Shown in pieces: positions 1-9,139 of a stretch of 64,000 nt of DNA (position 1 is its first letter; each line of letters opens with the position of its first letter). The notes under the pieces were generated by a model, which had not been told where the DNA came from, searched no databases, and saw nothing but the letters and a program-made list of their open reading frames with translations. Source of the DNA: an uncultured Chloroflexia bacterium (lineage in GTDB: Bacteria; Chloroflexota; Limnocylindria; Limnocylindrales; CSP1-4); contig CAWEYL010000001.1 of the NCBI GenBank assembly GCA_963813335.1, forward strand, positions 1,120,001 to 1,184,000. The letters are read 5' to 3'. A program made the translations under genes and the position numbers.

Positions 1-1235
1 TCGACGTCGCCGCCCCGGAGGACTCGCAGGAGGCGGTCGAGGAGATGACCGGCGTGCCCACCGGCGGCCCGCTCCGCCGCTTGCGGAACGGCGTCCGCGA
101 CCGGATGGCCGCACCGGAGCGGCGCCTCGTCAGGTTCGCGGCCATCCTGCTGGCCCTCGCGCTCGCGTCGGCGGTCTTCTTCCAGGTAGAGGCCGGCCTC
201 GGGCCGCTCGACGCGGTCTCCTATGCCATCACCCTGCTGACCGGCGCGTCGCTCCCGACGAACGTGGATCCCGCCAGCGCCGACGTCCCGCTCCGCGTCT
301 ACGCCATCTTCCTGAGCCTCATCGGCGCCGCGCTGGTCGCGGTCGTCTACGCCTTCATCACCGACGCGCTGATCCGCTCACGGCTGCTCCAGACGCTCGG
401 CCGCCGGACCGTGCCGGGCAACATCCACGACCACGTGATCGTGGCCGGCCTCGGCTCGATCGGGTACCGCGTGGCGCTGGGTCTCGTCGCCCGCGGCGTG
501 CCGGTCGTGGCGGTCGAGGTCAGCGACGAAGGGCGGTTCGTGTCGCCCGCGCGCGCCGCCGGCATCCCCGTGTACACGGGCGACGCGCGCCACGCGTCGG
601 TGCTGAAGGAGCTCCACCTCGACGCGGCGCGGGCACTCGTGGCGACGACCAGCGACGACCTGGTCAACCTCTCGACCGCGCTCAACGCCCGCGCGCTCCG
701 ACCAGACCTGCGCGTCGTGGTGCGCCTCTTCGACCCGGAGTTCGCGATGCGCGTCCAGAAGGGCTTCGGGATCCGCTTCACGCGGAGCGTCTCGCACCTC
801 GCGGCGCCGGCATTCGCGGCGGCAGCGGTCGGGTCGGAGGTGGTCGCCACGGTCCCCGTCGGCGACCGGCGGGTCGTGCTGTTCGCCCGGCTGCGCGTCC
901 CCGGCGGCTCCGCGCTGGAGGGGCGGCTCGCGCTGTCCATGAACGCCGTCGGGGCGCGTCGCGTCCTCGCGGTGGCCGACCCGGGCTCGGACGAGGCGCG
1001 CTGGGACTTCCCGGCCGACGAGATCCTCGATGCCGGCGAGGAGATCGTGGTCGCGGCCACGCGGGCCGGGCTCGGCGAGCTGCTGCAGCTGGCATCGACC
1101 GCGGCCGGGGCGGCAGCCGACAGCACCCACCGCGAGGCGCCGGCGCCCCGGCCGGAGGCGGTGGACGCGGTCGCCGACGCCACCGACGGCCTGGTCATCG
1201 ACACCACCGACCTGGCGCCAAGCCGCACGGACTGA
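1..1235 (+). CDS. TrkA/RCK NAD-binding domain potassium-channel family protein (frame open from window start, probably 5'-truncated)
   Basis: Two TM helices around a pore-like segment (DAVSYAITLLTG), then an RCK_N Rossmann motif HVIVAGLGSIG and ATTSDDLVNL. No stop codon upstream of ATG 45. Confidence 0.8.
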   Translation, partial: DVAAPEDSQEAVEEMTGVPTGGPLRRLRNGVRDRMAAPERRLVRFAAILLALALASAVFFQVEAGLGPLDAVSYAITLLTGASLPTNVDPASADVPLRVYAIFLSLIGAALVAVVYAFITDALIRSRLLQTLGRRTVPGNIHDHVIVAGLGSIGYRVALGLVARGVPVVAVEVSDEGRFVSPARAAGIPVYTGDARHASVLKELHLDAARALVATTSDDLVNLSTALNARALRPDLRVVVRLFDPEFAMRVQKGFGIRFTRSVSHLAAPAFAAAAVGSEVVATVPVGDRRVVLFARLRVPGGSALEGRLALSMNAVGARRVLAVADPGSDEARWDFPADEILDAGEEIVVAATRAGLGELLQLASTAAGAAADSTHREAPAPRPEAVDAVADATDGLVIDTTDLAPSRTD

Positions 1236-1242
1236 GCGCGGA

Positions 1243-4200
1243 TCAGGTCGCGATCCGGTCGAGCGCCTCCGACGCCAGCCGTTCTCCGACGCGATGCCGC
1301 TTGGCCCGATAGCGCTCGAGCGCGGCCGCGATGCTCCGGCGGGCCGGATCGATCGAGCCGTGGCGCGTCAGGACATCGGCCTGGGCGAGGTACATGTCGG
1401 CCTGGACCGAGGGGTCGTCGGTGACCAGCGCGATCGTGACGGCCTCCTGGGCGAGCCGTTCGGCTTCCTCGGATGATCCGGCGCCCTCGAGGGCTCGCGC
1501 CCGGGTGGCTCGCCAGAGCGCCTGCGTATAGATGTCATCGTCGGTCGCGATCTCGGCCGAACGACCGGCGAACTCCAGCGCCTCGGCGAGGTTCCCCTGC
1601 TGGCGGAGGGCCTCGGCCAGGTAGGCCGCGGTCGTCGAGATGTAGTTCTGCTCCCCCATCGCGCGCAGGGTGTCGTAATCCGTCCGGAGCTCGCGCACGG
1701 CCGCGTCCGGCTGGCCGGCGAGCAGCTCGATCGGCCCGAGGTTGAGCGAGACGAGGGCGGCATCGAAGTGCCACCCGAGCTCCACGAGCCGCCCACGCGT
1801 CGCCCGGCACAGGTCGCGGGCCTCGTCGAACCGGCCGTCGAAGGCCATGAGGTGCGCCTCGGCACGCTCGGTGAGGGCGCGCACCATGCGGTCGCCGCCG
1901 GCCTGGGCCAGGACCGCCTCGCACCGCTCGATCGCCTCGGGCACGGGCGTCGGGCCATACATCGCCACCCCGGCGAGTGCCGGGAGACCGCGCTGCTCCA
2001 TGAGCTGGTCGTTCGCTCGACGCGCCTCTTCGATCATCAATTCGGCGGCCACGCCGGCGGCGTTCCACTGTCCGTGGGTCAGCTCGACGTTGAAGAGGAG
2101 CCGGTGGCAGCCGGCGAGGGCACGATGGTCCTCCGCGGACGCGAAGACCGGGGTGAGGCGGTCGACGAGCGCGCGTGCGTCCGCGTCGGTCACCCCGTCC
2201 CCGGTGAGGTAGCGCAGGCGCAGTCGCCCGAGCTCGGCGATCCCCGCGGCGACGGGATCGGCGGACCGGAGGGCGTTCGCCTCGGCCTCGTCGTAGAGCG
2301 CGACCGAATCGGGGAACGCCCCGGTCTCCATCCGGGCCTCTGCGGCACGGGCCAGCAGGCGCGGCCGGGTCGAGTCGTCGTCGGGGAGCGCGCGGGCCGC
2401 GCGGCCGAGCAGGTTCGCCGCCGCCGGCATGTCGCCACGACCGAACGCCCGAAGGCCGGCCGGCGCGAGGCGGTCGGCCGCGCGTCGTCCGAGCTGCACG
2501 GCCTCGGCATCCAGGGCACCCAGCCCTGACCGCAGGTGATAGGCCTGCTCGAGGTGGTAGCCGAGGATCTCCTCCATCTCGGTCCGCCGTCCGGTCGAGC
2601 TCGAGAACGACTCGAGCCAGTCGGCGAACCGAAGGTGCAGCACCGAACGGGTCCGCTTGAGCAGCCCGTCGTACACGACGTCGCGCAGCAGGAGGTTTCG
2701 GAACCGATGGTCCGCGAGCAGGTCGGGGTCGCGGGATCGGGCGACCAGCTGACGGCGGATCAGCGCACCGAGCACCGCGTCCGTCTCGACCGGCGTCTCG
2801 AGCAGGGTCTCGACCGCGGTCTTCGAGAAGTCACGGCCGATCACCGACGCCGGCTCCAGGACCTGGCGTTCCTCGCCGCCGAGCGCATCAACGCGGGCCG
2901 CCAGGACCGCTTCGATGGTCGGCGGCACCTGCACGTGCTCGATGTCCGCGGTGACGAGCCACGCGCCGTCGCGCGAGATGAGCAGGCCCTCGTCGACGAG
3001 CATCGTCAGGAACTGCTCGATGAACAGCGGGTTCCCGGCCGCCGCCTGCTTGACCCGGGTCATGAGTGCGGGCGGCAGCGTGGCGTGACCGAGCGCGGCC
3101 GCGACGATCTCGTCGTCGGCACCGTCCTCGAGGGGCCCGAGCTCGAGCACCCCGGGCGTCACGGCCGGGCGGCCGCCGGTCGGGTCGACCGCGGCATCGG
3201 CCTCCGATGGACGCTCCATCGTGACCAGCAGCACCGGGGCGTCGCGGAGGTTCTGGTCGAGGTCGTCCAGCAATTCCACGAGCGTCGGCTCCGCCCAGTG
3301 CAGTCCGTCGATCACCACGACGAGCGGCCGCGCCTCGGCCAGGTGACCGAGGAGCCGGCGGACGGCCCAGACCAGCTCGGGGACCGGGAACTGGCGGTCG
3401 CTGAGCCCGCCGATCGACCACAGCCGCTCGACGGCCGGGTCGCCGGCCGGGAGGAGCGCCGCGATGGCCGCCCGCGCGGTGTCGCCGGCATCGCTCGGGG
3501 AGGAGCCGGACGCCGCCTGGATGAGCTCGACCACGGGCCAGAACGTGATGCCCTCGCCGTAGGAGGGACACGTCCCGCGCAGGACCCAGGCGTTCCCCGG
3601 CAGCCGGTCGATCATCTCGTACACCAGCCGGCTCTTGCCGATCCCGGCCTCGCCGCGGATGGTCAACCGGCGACAGGCCTGGGCCCGGACGGCCTCCTGG
3701 AACCGCTCCTGCATCGCATCGAGCTCGCGGTCGCGGCCCACCAGCGGCAGTTCCAGCCGGGCGCGGGCGCCAGGCCCGGAGACGACCCGAAGGACGCGGG
3801 ACGCGGGGACGGGCTCGGCCTTGCCCTTGAGGGTCAGTGGCGCGAGGGGCTCGAGCACGGCGGCCTCGCCGGCCAGCCGGCCCGTGAGGCTCCCGATCAC
3901 GACCTCGCCAGGTCCGGCGGTCTGCTCGAGGCGGGCCGCGACGTTGACCGCATCGCCCGTCACGAGGCGCTGGCCGAGGCTCGGATCGCCGGCGATGACC
4001 GGTCCAGTGTTGACGCCGATCCGCAGACCGAGCTGGACCCCGAACTCGTGCTCGACCACCGGCGCGACGCGCTCGAGGGCCGCCTGCATGTCCAGCGCGG
4101 CGCGGACCGCCCGGAGCGCGTCGTCCTCGTGTCGCTGCGCCAGCCCGAAGACGGCCATGATGGCGTCCCCGATGTATTTCTCGACGATCCCGCCGTGGTG

Positions 4201-5118
4201 CTCGAGGACGCCACGCAGCTCCTCGAAGGCGCGGACGGTGGCCGCGCGGCGCGCCTCGGCGTCGTCGCCCGCCGTCGAGCGTGACGACAGGTCCGCAAAG
4301 ACGATCGTCAGCGTCCGCCGGCTCGCCTGACGAGGGCCGCGACTCGCGACGGGGTCGCCGCACTGCGGGCACCACGTCCACGGCGGGTCGGCGTCGACCT
4401 CGACCGTGGTCCCGCACGACGCGCACCGGCCCGCGCCCGGCCCGTCGCCGCGATCGGGGACGGGCGTCAGCGTGGCCACGCCGACGAGCCGGGCGGCGGA
4501 CGTCGTCGAGCCGTTCTTGAGCGTGACCGTGGCCAGCGGCTCCGTGACGGCCGCCGACCCGACATCCGCGACGGTCGACGCGGCGAGCAACGCCTCGAGC
4601 GGTGGGGCCACGGGCTCGAGCGCGGAGGCGAGCTCGAGAGCGCTGCCGGCCATGACGCGATGCCCGCCGCCGGCTTCGGCGAACACGACGTCGCCCGTGC
4701 TGACGCCGGTGCGATTGGTCAGCCGGACGCCCCAGGTCCGTTCGATCCGGTCGTTCAGGTTGGCCAGCGTCGCCTGGCACTCGGCGACCGCCTCGACGGC
4801 GCGAAGCGCATCCGTCGCGTCGGCGACGGGCAGCCCGAACACGGTCACCATGGCGTCGCCGATCCGCTTCTCGATCCGGCCGCCGTGCGACTCGAGGACC
4901 CGGCCGAGCTCGTCGAAGTACTGGTCGAGGACATCGCGGAGCGACTCGGGATCGAGACGCTCCGCCAGGGCCGTGGACCCTTGCAGATCGGAGACGACCA
5001 CCGTCACCCGGTGGGCGCTCTCGGACGCGCCGCCGTGGAGGCTGGTACCGCACCCGGTGCAATACCTCCACGGCGGCTGGACATCGTTCCTACAGGACGG
5101 GCAGGTCACCCGCTCCAC
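1243..5118 (-). CDS. Class III adenylate/guanylate cyclase with two cyclase domains, two zinc ribbons, STAND AAA ATPase and TPR region
   Basis: CPSC..CTGC and CASC..CPQC; cyclase motifs SDLQGST/EKRIGDAM and FADL/EKYIGDAIM/GDAVNVAARLEQ; Walker A GEAGIGKS; Walker B VVIDGLHWAE; GNPLFIE; helical C-terminus. Confidence 0.9.
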   Translation of the reverse strand: MERVTCPSCRNDVQPPWRYCTGCGTSLHGGASESAHRVTVVVSDLQGSTALAERLDPESLRDVLDQYFDELGRVLESHGGRIEKRIGDAMVTVFGLPVADATDALRAVEAVAECQATLANLNDRIERTWGVRLTNRTGVSTGDVVFAEAGGGHRVMAGSALELASALEPVAPPLEALLAASTVADVGSAAVTEPLATVTLKNGSTTSAARLVGVATLTPVPDRGDGPGAGRCASCGTTVEVDADPPWTWCPQCGDPVASRGPRQASRRTLTIVFADLSSRSTAGDDAEARRAATVRAFEELRGVLEHHGGIVEKYIGDAIMAVFGLAQRHEDDALRAVRAALDMQAALERVAPVVEHEFGVQLGLRIGVNTGPVIAGDPSLGQRLVTGDAVNVAARLEQTAGPGEVVIGSLTGRLAGEAAVLEPLAPLTLKGKAEPVPASRVLRVVSGPGARARLELPLVGRDRELDAMQERFQEAVRAQACRRLTIRGEAGIGKSRLVYEMIDRLPGNAWVLRGTCPSYGEGITFWPVVELIQAASGSSPSDAGDTARAAIAALLPAGDPAVERLWSIGGLSDRQFPVPELVWAVRRLLGHLAEARPLVVVIDGLHWAEPTLVELLDDLDQNLRDAPVLLVTMERPSEADAAVDPTGGRPAVTPGVLELGPLEDGADDEIVAAALGHATLPPALMTRVKQAAAGNPLFIEQFLTMLVDEGLLISRDGAWLVTADIEHVQVPPTIEAVLAARVDALGGEERQVLEPASVIGRDFSKTAVETLLETPVETDAVLGALIRRQLVARSRDPDLLADHRFRNLLLRDVVYDGLLKRTRSVLHLRFADWLESFSSSTGRRTEMEEILGYHLEQAYHLRSGLGALDAEAVQLGRRAADRLAPAGLRAFGRGDMPAAANLLGRAARALPDDDSTRPRLLARAAEARMETGAFPDSVALYDEAEANALRSADPVAAGIAELGRLRLRYLTGDGVTDADARALVDRLTPVFASAEDHRALAGCHRLLFNVELTHGQWNAAGVAAELMIEEARRANDQLMEQRGLPALAGVAMYGPTPVPEAIERCEAVLAQAGGDRMVRALTERAEAHLMAFDGRFDEARDLCRATRGRLVELGWHFDAALVSLNLGPIELLAGQPDAAVRELRTDYDTLRAMGEQNYISTTAAYLAEALRQQGNLAEALEFAGRSAEIATDDDIYTQALWRATRARALEGAGSSEEAERLAQEAVTIALVTDDPSVQADMYLAQADVLTRHGSIDPARRSIAAALERYRAKRHRVGERLASEALDRIAT

Positions 5119-5156
5119 ATGGCTACCCCTCGCCGCTCAACGGCTCGGGCTCGGTG

Positions 5157-6635
5157 TCACTTCCAGACCGGGTCGGCGGCCGGCACCTTCCCGACGAATG
5201 TCACCTTTCCATCGGCAAACGTCGGCAGCCCGACGAGGCACGGCGCGACGTCGTTCACGAGCGAGCACTGCGGCAGCAGACCGCGGTATTCGTCCTGCGA
5301 GAGGTCGCCGATGACGCGGGCCCCGACCGGCACGACCTCCGCGGGGCTCGTCACCGACCCGCCCGACAGCGCCTTGAGGAGCGCGTCGAAGTTCGTCTGC
5401 GCGTCCGAGGAGTACGTGATGGCCGCGAACTGATCGCGGGACTGGAAGCAGACCTGGTAGCGCCACTCCTCGCCGGCTCCGCTCGGCATGCCCGCCGGAA
5501 TGGGCTTGGTCACGATGACGGTCTTGGTGAGGCCGGCCAGGGAGCCCTGGAGAAGCTGGACGTCGAAGAACAGTCGGTCGCCGAACTCGGTATAGCCCTG
5601 GCAGTCGATGTCGTTCGTGACGAACCTGGCGGTCAGCGTGGCCTTCAGGCTGTCGTTGTCATCGACGGTCACGTTTCCGGTCGTTCCGTCGCTGGGACCC
5701 GGGAAGGTCCCGGTCGTGCAGACCGCGTTGTCGATGTCGCACGTCGTCGTGACGCCGAACTCGACGGTGAACGGGTCGGACGTCGCACTCGTCAGGCCCG
5801 TAGACGACGCGACGAACCGGTACGTGTCTGCTGCCGAGATCGAGACGTCGCCGAACGTCGCCTCGCCGGCGACGGCGGCCTTCGAGGTGGTGCCGCTCAC
5901 AGCCGTGGCCGGAGACGACACGATCGAGATGCTGCCCGAGAACCAGGTCACGGTGGCCGGCGAGGCCCCACCGCTCTGGACGACCACCGTGAAGCCCGGA
6001 GCCGACTGGTTGTACGCGACGCTCGTGATGGTACCGCCTGGGATGGCGTTCTTCGGCTGGGTGGTGAAGGCGAGCGAGCAACCCGACGCGACCGTGGTCT
6101 TCGCTGGCGTTGGGTCTTTCTTGATGGCCGGGATGATGTTGCCGGTACCGTTGAAGTCATTCGACTGTCGCACGTCCGTCTTCCAGACGTAGACGACGCC
6201 GTTCGCGCTGCACGGGATCCTGACGTTGATCGTGATGGTATAGGTCGTGTTGCGTGCCACGTTGGCACTGAGGATCTCGATATAGGGCGTCGCCTTGCCG
6301 AGCGTGCCATTCGGCAAGGCATACGGGGTGATGGTGCCGGCCGCAGTCGACGGCGTCTTCGCGACCGAGATGATGTCGTTGACGTTCATCGAGGCCGGGA
6401 TGAAGACGCGGATGCCGTTGGCCTTGATATTGCCGCTGGTCGACACGTTCTTGATCGAGATGTCGATGGCGGCGGTGGTTCCGCCGTCGACCGACGCGGT
6501 CGCGCCGGGATCGTGCGCCTTCACCCCGTCGTGGTCGTCGCCCGCCTGCGTGACGACGGGGAGCGCCCCGGCCACCACGGCCAGGAGTCCCACGGTGATC
6601 AAGAGTCTCCATCCCAAACGGCCACCCGTACCCAT
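5157..6635 (-). CDS. Secreted hypothetical protein, beta-rich (Ig-like), Thr/Asn/Lys-rich with several Cys
   Basis: GGAGG RBS before ATG 6635; signal-peptide-like N-terminus (WRLLITVGLLAVVAGALPVVTQA); composition differs from neighbouring genes. Confidence 0.7.
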   Translation of the reverse strand: MGTGGRLGWRLLITVGLLAVVAGALPVVTQAGDDHDGVKAHDPGATASVDGGTTAAIDISIKNVSTSGNIKANGIRVFIPASMNVNDIISVAKTPSTAAGTITPYALPNGTLGKATPYIEILSANVARNTTYTITINVRIPCSANGVVYVWKTDVRQSNDFNGTGNIIPAIKKDPTPAKTTVASGCSLAFTTQPKNAIPGGTITSVAYNQSAPGFTVVVQSGGASPATVTWFSGSISIVSSPATAVSGTTSKAAVAGEATFGDVSISAADTYRFVASSTGLTSATSDPFTVEFGVTTTCDIDNAVCTTGTFPGPSDGTTGNVTVDDNDSLKATLTARFVTNDIDCQGYTEFGDRLFFDVQLLQGSLAGLTKTVIVTKPIPAGMPSGAGEEWRYQVCFQSRDQFAAITYSSDAQTNFDALLKALSGGSVTSPAEVVPVGARVIGDLSQDEYRGLLPQCSLVNDVAPCLVGLPTFADGKVTFVGKVPAADPVWK

Positions 6636-6755
6636 GACGAACCCTCCAATGTTCCGGGAGAGGCGGCGACCATCCTCACGCGCGCCGGACGCGGAATGTA
6701 GCACGGGACCATCGGCCCCCACTGATGCCCCCGTCGTACCAGTCAGGCGGTCGAC

Positions 6756-9089
6756 CTAGCTCGTCGCGGAGACCGCCGCGTCGACGGCGCCCGCCGCCTC
6801 GGTCTCGTCCTCGAATTCGCCCTCGATGGTCACCCGCGGAAGCCAGCCCAGCCAGCGCGGCAGCCACCAGTTCCAGTCGCCGAGCAGGCGCATCGTGGCC
6901 GGCAGCAGGATGCTCCGCACCACGGTGGCGTCGAGGAGGACGGCGACCGCGAGCCCGAACCCGAGCTGCTTGATGATCGTCAGCTCCAGGGTCACGAACA
7001 CCGAGAAGACCACGATCATGATCGCGGCGGCCGAGGTGATGGTCCCGGCCGTGATCGAGATGCCGCGGGCGACCGCCTCGTTGGACGACATCCCGTGGTC
7101 GAGGGCCTCCTTGATCCGGGTGAGGATGAAGACGTGGTAGTCCATCGAGAGCCCGAACAGGATCGTGAAGATGAAGACCGGCACGAACGCCTCGATCGGG
7201 CCGGGCTTGAAGCCGAGGAGGTTGCCGAGGTTGCCGTCCTCGAAGACGAGCACGAGCAGGCCGAAGGCCGCGGCGGTCGAGAGCAGGTTGAGCAGGATCG
7301 CCTTGATCGGGATGACCAGCGAGCGGAACGCCACGAGCAGCAGCAGGAACGACAGGAACAGCACGAAGCCGATCACCATCGGCATCCCGTCCGAGTAGAA
7401 GCCGACGACGTCGTAGGTGTAGGCGACGTCGCCCGACACCAGGGCCTGCACGCCGGGCAGGCTCCCGAAGGCGGCCGGCACGACGTCGCGGCGCACCTCG
7501 CGAACGATCTGGCGGTTGCGCTCGTCGTTGGAGCCGCCGGACATGATGAACGAGACCATCGCCGCGTGGCCGTCGGCGGACGGGAACGTCTTGGGCGGGC
7601 CGGAGACACCGGGCACGGCCAGGACCCTGGTCTTGAGGTCGGCGATCGCGGCCTGCGTCGCGGCTTCGTCGGCCTTCGTGACCACGATGTCGAGGGTCAG
7701 CGTGGTGCCGGTCGGCCACTTGTCGTTGAGGATGTTCAGCGCCTGGACGCCGTCGATCGAGTCGGGGAAGGACGTGAAGTCGGCCTGGCCGAGGCGGAGT
7801 CGCAGCGCGGGTGACGCGAGGGCCAGCAGGAAGACCGCGGCAAGGACCGCGGCCGGGAGCGGATGGCGCATCACCGTGCGCACGATGACCGCCCACAGGC
7901 CACTCCCCTCCTCCCGGTCGCGGCCCAGGATCGGCAACCGCAAGCGGTTCAGCCCGTCACCCAGGATGGCGAAGGTGGCCGGCAGGAACGTCAGCGAGCC
8001 GATGACCGCGATGAGCACGACGCTGATCGTCCCGACGGCCATCGAGCGGAAGAGCGGGTCGTCGAGGAGGAACAGGCCGCCGATCGAGACCATGACGGCG
8101 AGCCCGGAGAAGAAGACGGCCCGTCCGGCGGTCGCCGACGCGACGTCGATCGATGCGATCTTGGAGCGGCCGTGCCGCCGTTCCGTGCGGAAGCGGGTGA
8201 CCATGAACAGCGAGTAGTCGACGGCGACGGCGAGGCCGATCAGCACGATCAGCTGGCCGGCGTACGGGCTGGCCGGCGCCACGAAGCGGCTGTACAGGGC
8301 CAGCACCCCGAACGCCGCGAGGAGCGAGCTGACCGCCATCACCAGCGGCACGACCGCGGCCACGACGGCCCCGAACGCGATCAGCAGGATCAGGAACGTG
8401 AGCGGGAGCGTGAGCCGCAGCGACGAGTCGAGGCCGCCGTTGACCAGCTTCTGGATCTCGTCGTTGGCGAGGTGGTTGTTGAGCGAGTGGATCGTGAGAC
8501 CGGGGTGGGCGGCCCGCATCTCGGCCACGAAGGCGGGGACCGGCTCCACTCGTGCCCCGAGGGCGTCGCCCTCGCCGACGACCCGCGAAGGGATGCGCAC
8601 GGTCGTGCGGTCCGGCGAGACGAGTTCGGCGGCGGCCGGGGCGGTGAGCGGATCGACCAGCTGGTCGACGGTCGGGACGGTGCTGCCGTCGACCTGCGAC
8701 TGCAGCGCGCCGAGGCGCGTCACGACGTCGGTGATGGCGGCGGCCGTGGCCGGATCGTCGACGGTCCCGTCCCTCGCCCCGACGACGAGGAGCAGCTGCT
8801 GGCTCGGCGTCTCGGCGGCGCCGGTGCCCGAACCGAACACCTCGTAGGCCTTGGCGGATTCGAACCTCGCCGACTGGTTGTTGGAGACCGCGGCCGCGGA
8901 ATCCGTCCCGCCGGCCGCCAGGCTCAGCGCGAAGATCCCGAAGGTGAACACGAACCACAGCACGAAGACCGGCCAGCGATGGCGGGCGCTCCAGCCCGCG
9001 ACGCGGACCGTCCAGGGCGGCCGGACGACGGCCCGGGCCGGGGCGTCAGGCGTCGGGGCGTCTGGTGCGGGGGCGGTCGGATCTGACAC
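6756..9089 (-). CDS. MMPL family (RND) transporter
   Basis: Two MMPL halves with GLAVAVDYSLF..RFR.E and FGLSMDYHVF..RIKE; C-terminal LLGDWNWWLP. Confidence 0.92.
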   Translation of the reverse strand: MSDPTAPAPDAPTPDAPARAVVRPPWTVRVAGWSARHRWPVFVLWFVFTFGIFALSLAAGGTDSAAAVSNNQSARFESAKAYEVFGSGTGAAETPSQQLLLVVGARDGTVDDPATAAAITDVVTRLGALQSQVDGSTVPTVDQLVDPLTAPAAAELVSPDRTTVRIPSRVVGEGDALGARVEPVPAFVAEMRAAHPGLTIHSLNNHLANDEIQKLVNGGLDSSLRLTLPLTFLILLIAFGAVVAAVVPLVMAVSSLLAAFGVLALYSRFVAPASPYAGQLIVLIGLAVAVDYSLFMVTRFRTERRHGRSKIASIDVASATAGRAVFFSGLAVMVSIGGLFLLDDPLFRSMAVGTISVVLIAVIGSLTFLPATFAILGDGLNRLRLPILGRDREEGSGLWAVIVRTVMRHPLPAAVLAAVFLLALASPALRLRLGQADFTSFPDSIDGVQALNILNDKWPTGTTLTLDIVVTKADEAATQAAIADLKTRVLAVPGVSGPPKTFPSADGHAAMVSFIMSGGSNDERNRQIVREVRRDVVPAAFGSLPGVQALVSGDVAYTYDVVGFYSDGMPMVIGFVLFLSFLLLLVAFRSLVIPIKAILLNLLSTAAAFGLLVLVFEDGNLGNLLGFKPGPIEAFVPVFIFTILFGLSMDYHVFILTRIKEALDHGMSSNEAVARGISITAGTITSAAAIMIVVFSVFVTLELTIIKQLGFGLAVAVLLDATVVRSILLPATMRLLGDWNWWLPRWLGWLPRVTIEGEFEDETEAAGAVDAAVSATS

Positions 9090-9139
9090 GGAACGGGTAG
9101 CCTACCGCGCCATTCCGATCCGGGCGAGCGGCGCCGCGA

